Positions 62,925 through 64,000 of a stretch of 64,000 nt of DNA are shown piece after piece (position 1 is the stretch's first letter; each line of letters opens with the position of its first letter). The notes under the pieces are model-generated. The model was not told the origin of the DNA and did no database searches. It worked only from the letters and a program-made list of their open reading frames with translations. Source of the DNA: Podarcis tiliguerta (taxonomy: Eukaryota). The stretch lies in assembly GCA_965153285.1 (NCBI GenBank), contig OZ229116.1. One strand, 5' to 3'. Made by a program: the position numbers and the translations under genes.

Positions 62925-64000
62925 TGGATTTCTGAATTTTCTTAGGAGCCAAGAGAGCTGCTGCAATTTTAAATAAAACATTTTGGGTGAAGTAAGAGGC
63001 AAGGCAGACATGACTCCTTTATGTCTCTCTCCTTCCCAATCTTGTCAAACTCTGCCCTTTCACCTCCAGTCTCCCGTAGTAGCAGATCAGGTTTTGGGGA
63101 GACCTTGGAAAGGTGCTTTGGCACCTACCGGCTGATGCTGCCCAGGGAGTTCCATAATCTGGGTGCAACCAGTGAGAAAGTTTTCTCCATCATCCTGGCC
63201 AAATGTAGTAGGACCTACAGTAGAGCCTTCTCCACAGATCTTAATTCATGGGCAAGAAAGTAACCTGATCCTAAATGAGCCCTTGTCAACCTGGTGCCTT
63301 GCAGGTGTTTTTGTCTATAACTCCCACCAACTCCAGTCAGTATGGGCTGGCTGGAGCTGACAGGAGCTGCAGTCCAAAATATCTAGAGGGCAACATCCAG
63401 AGGGCATTAGGACTCCACAAAATATTTATAAGTCACCCAGGTGGCAAAGGTTGTCTTGAGTTGTATTTCTGCAACAACCAGACACAGGAGTAGCAGAGGC
63501 ACACAGATCAAAAGTTCCAGCAACTAATATGAATGCATTGTCCTAAGAGTATTTTTAACAAGTGGGCATATAGTGGGATGAGTCTTCAGAAACCTTTCAG
63601 AAACTATCAATCCTGTTGGAGGGAAACAAATTACACAGGAAGTGTTTGCAGGATCAAGTGTTTATTTTCTCACTGACAAATGACTGGTTTTGAGATTGAC
63701 ATTTACAGGATTGCAAACATGCCAGTAGTTACAATCTGTTAATGACAGGCAATATTTCACATTTTAATATTTTTGTGAGATAAAACCAATTGCAGATGGT
63801 TAATCTAAAATCCACACAGTCTGGCACGTCAGATCCCTTAAAAGTCTAATTAAACTTTTCTAGATAAGGATGCACTCTAACTAAATGGGATCTTCTAAAG
63901 AAAAAGTACTTGCGACAAATGATTGATAAAACTATCTGCCTGATTAATTGCTGCTGTCAAGTTCCCAATAAGGTGCGATCCTGTCATCAGCTCTCTAAGA

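Overview
Eukaryotic (vertebrate) genomic DNA from a squamate reptile, most likely a lacertid lizard (Sauria SINEs, Bov-B, CR1, L2, Penelope and many hAT/Tc-mariner MITEs). The window holds one complete 9-exon gene, GGH (gamma-glutamyl hydrolase, + strand, CDS 4457-15810, 326 aa, CpG-island promoter). It also holds the last three exons of the convergent NKAIN3 gene (- strand: 44358-44418, 34906-34990 and a terminal exon starting at 31255). The first ~1.8 kb looks like the 3' UTR of the upstream gene (TTPA by synteny, inferred only). Most ORFs in the track are spurious or transposon-derived. The most notable observations are: (1) NKAIN3's penultimate exon has an in-frame TAA, while the paralog-like C-terminal motif sits in the -1 frame; (2) a young Tc2-type MITE carrying a 99-bp palindromic tandem array is inserted 14-16 nt from that exon's splice acceptor; (3) an intronic ~200-nt hairpin is built from two inverted Penelope-type minimal hammerhead ribozyme copies; (4) an antisense solo LTR lies in GGH intron 5. 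No CRISPR array or other prokaryotic system is present.
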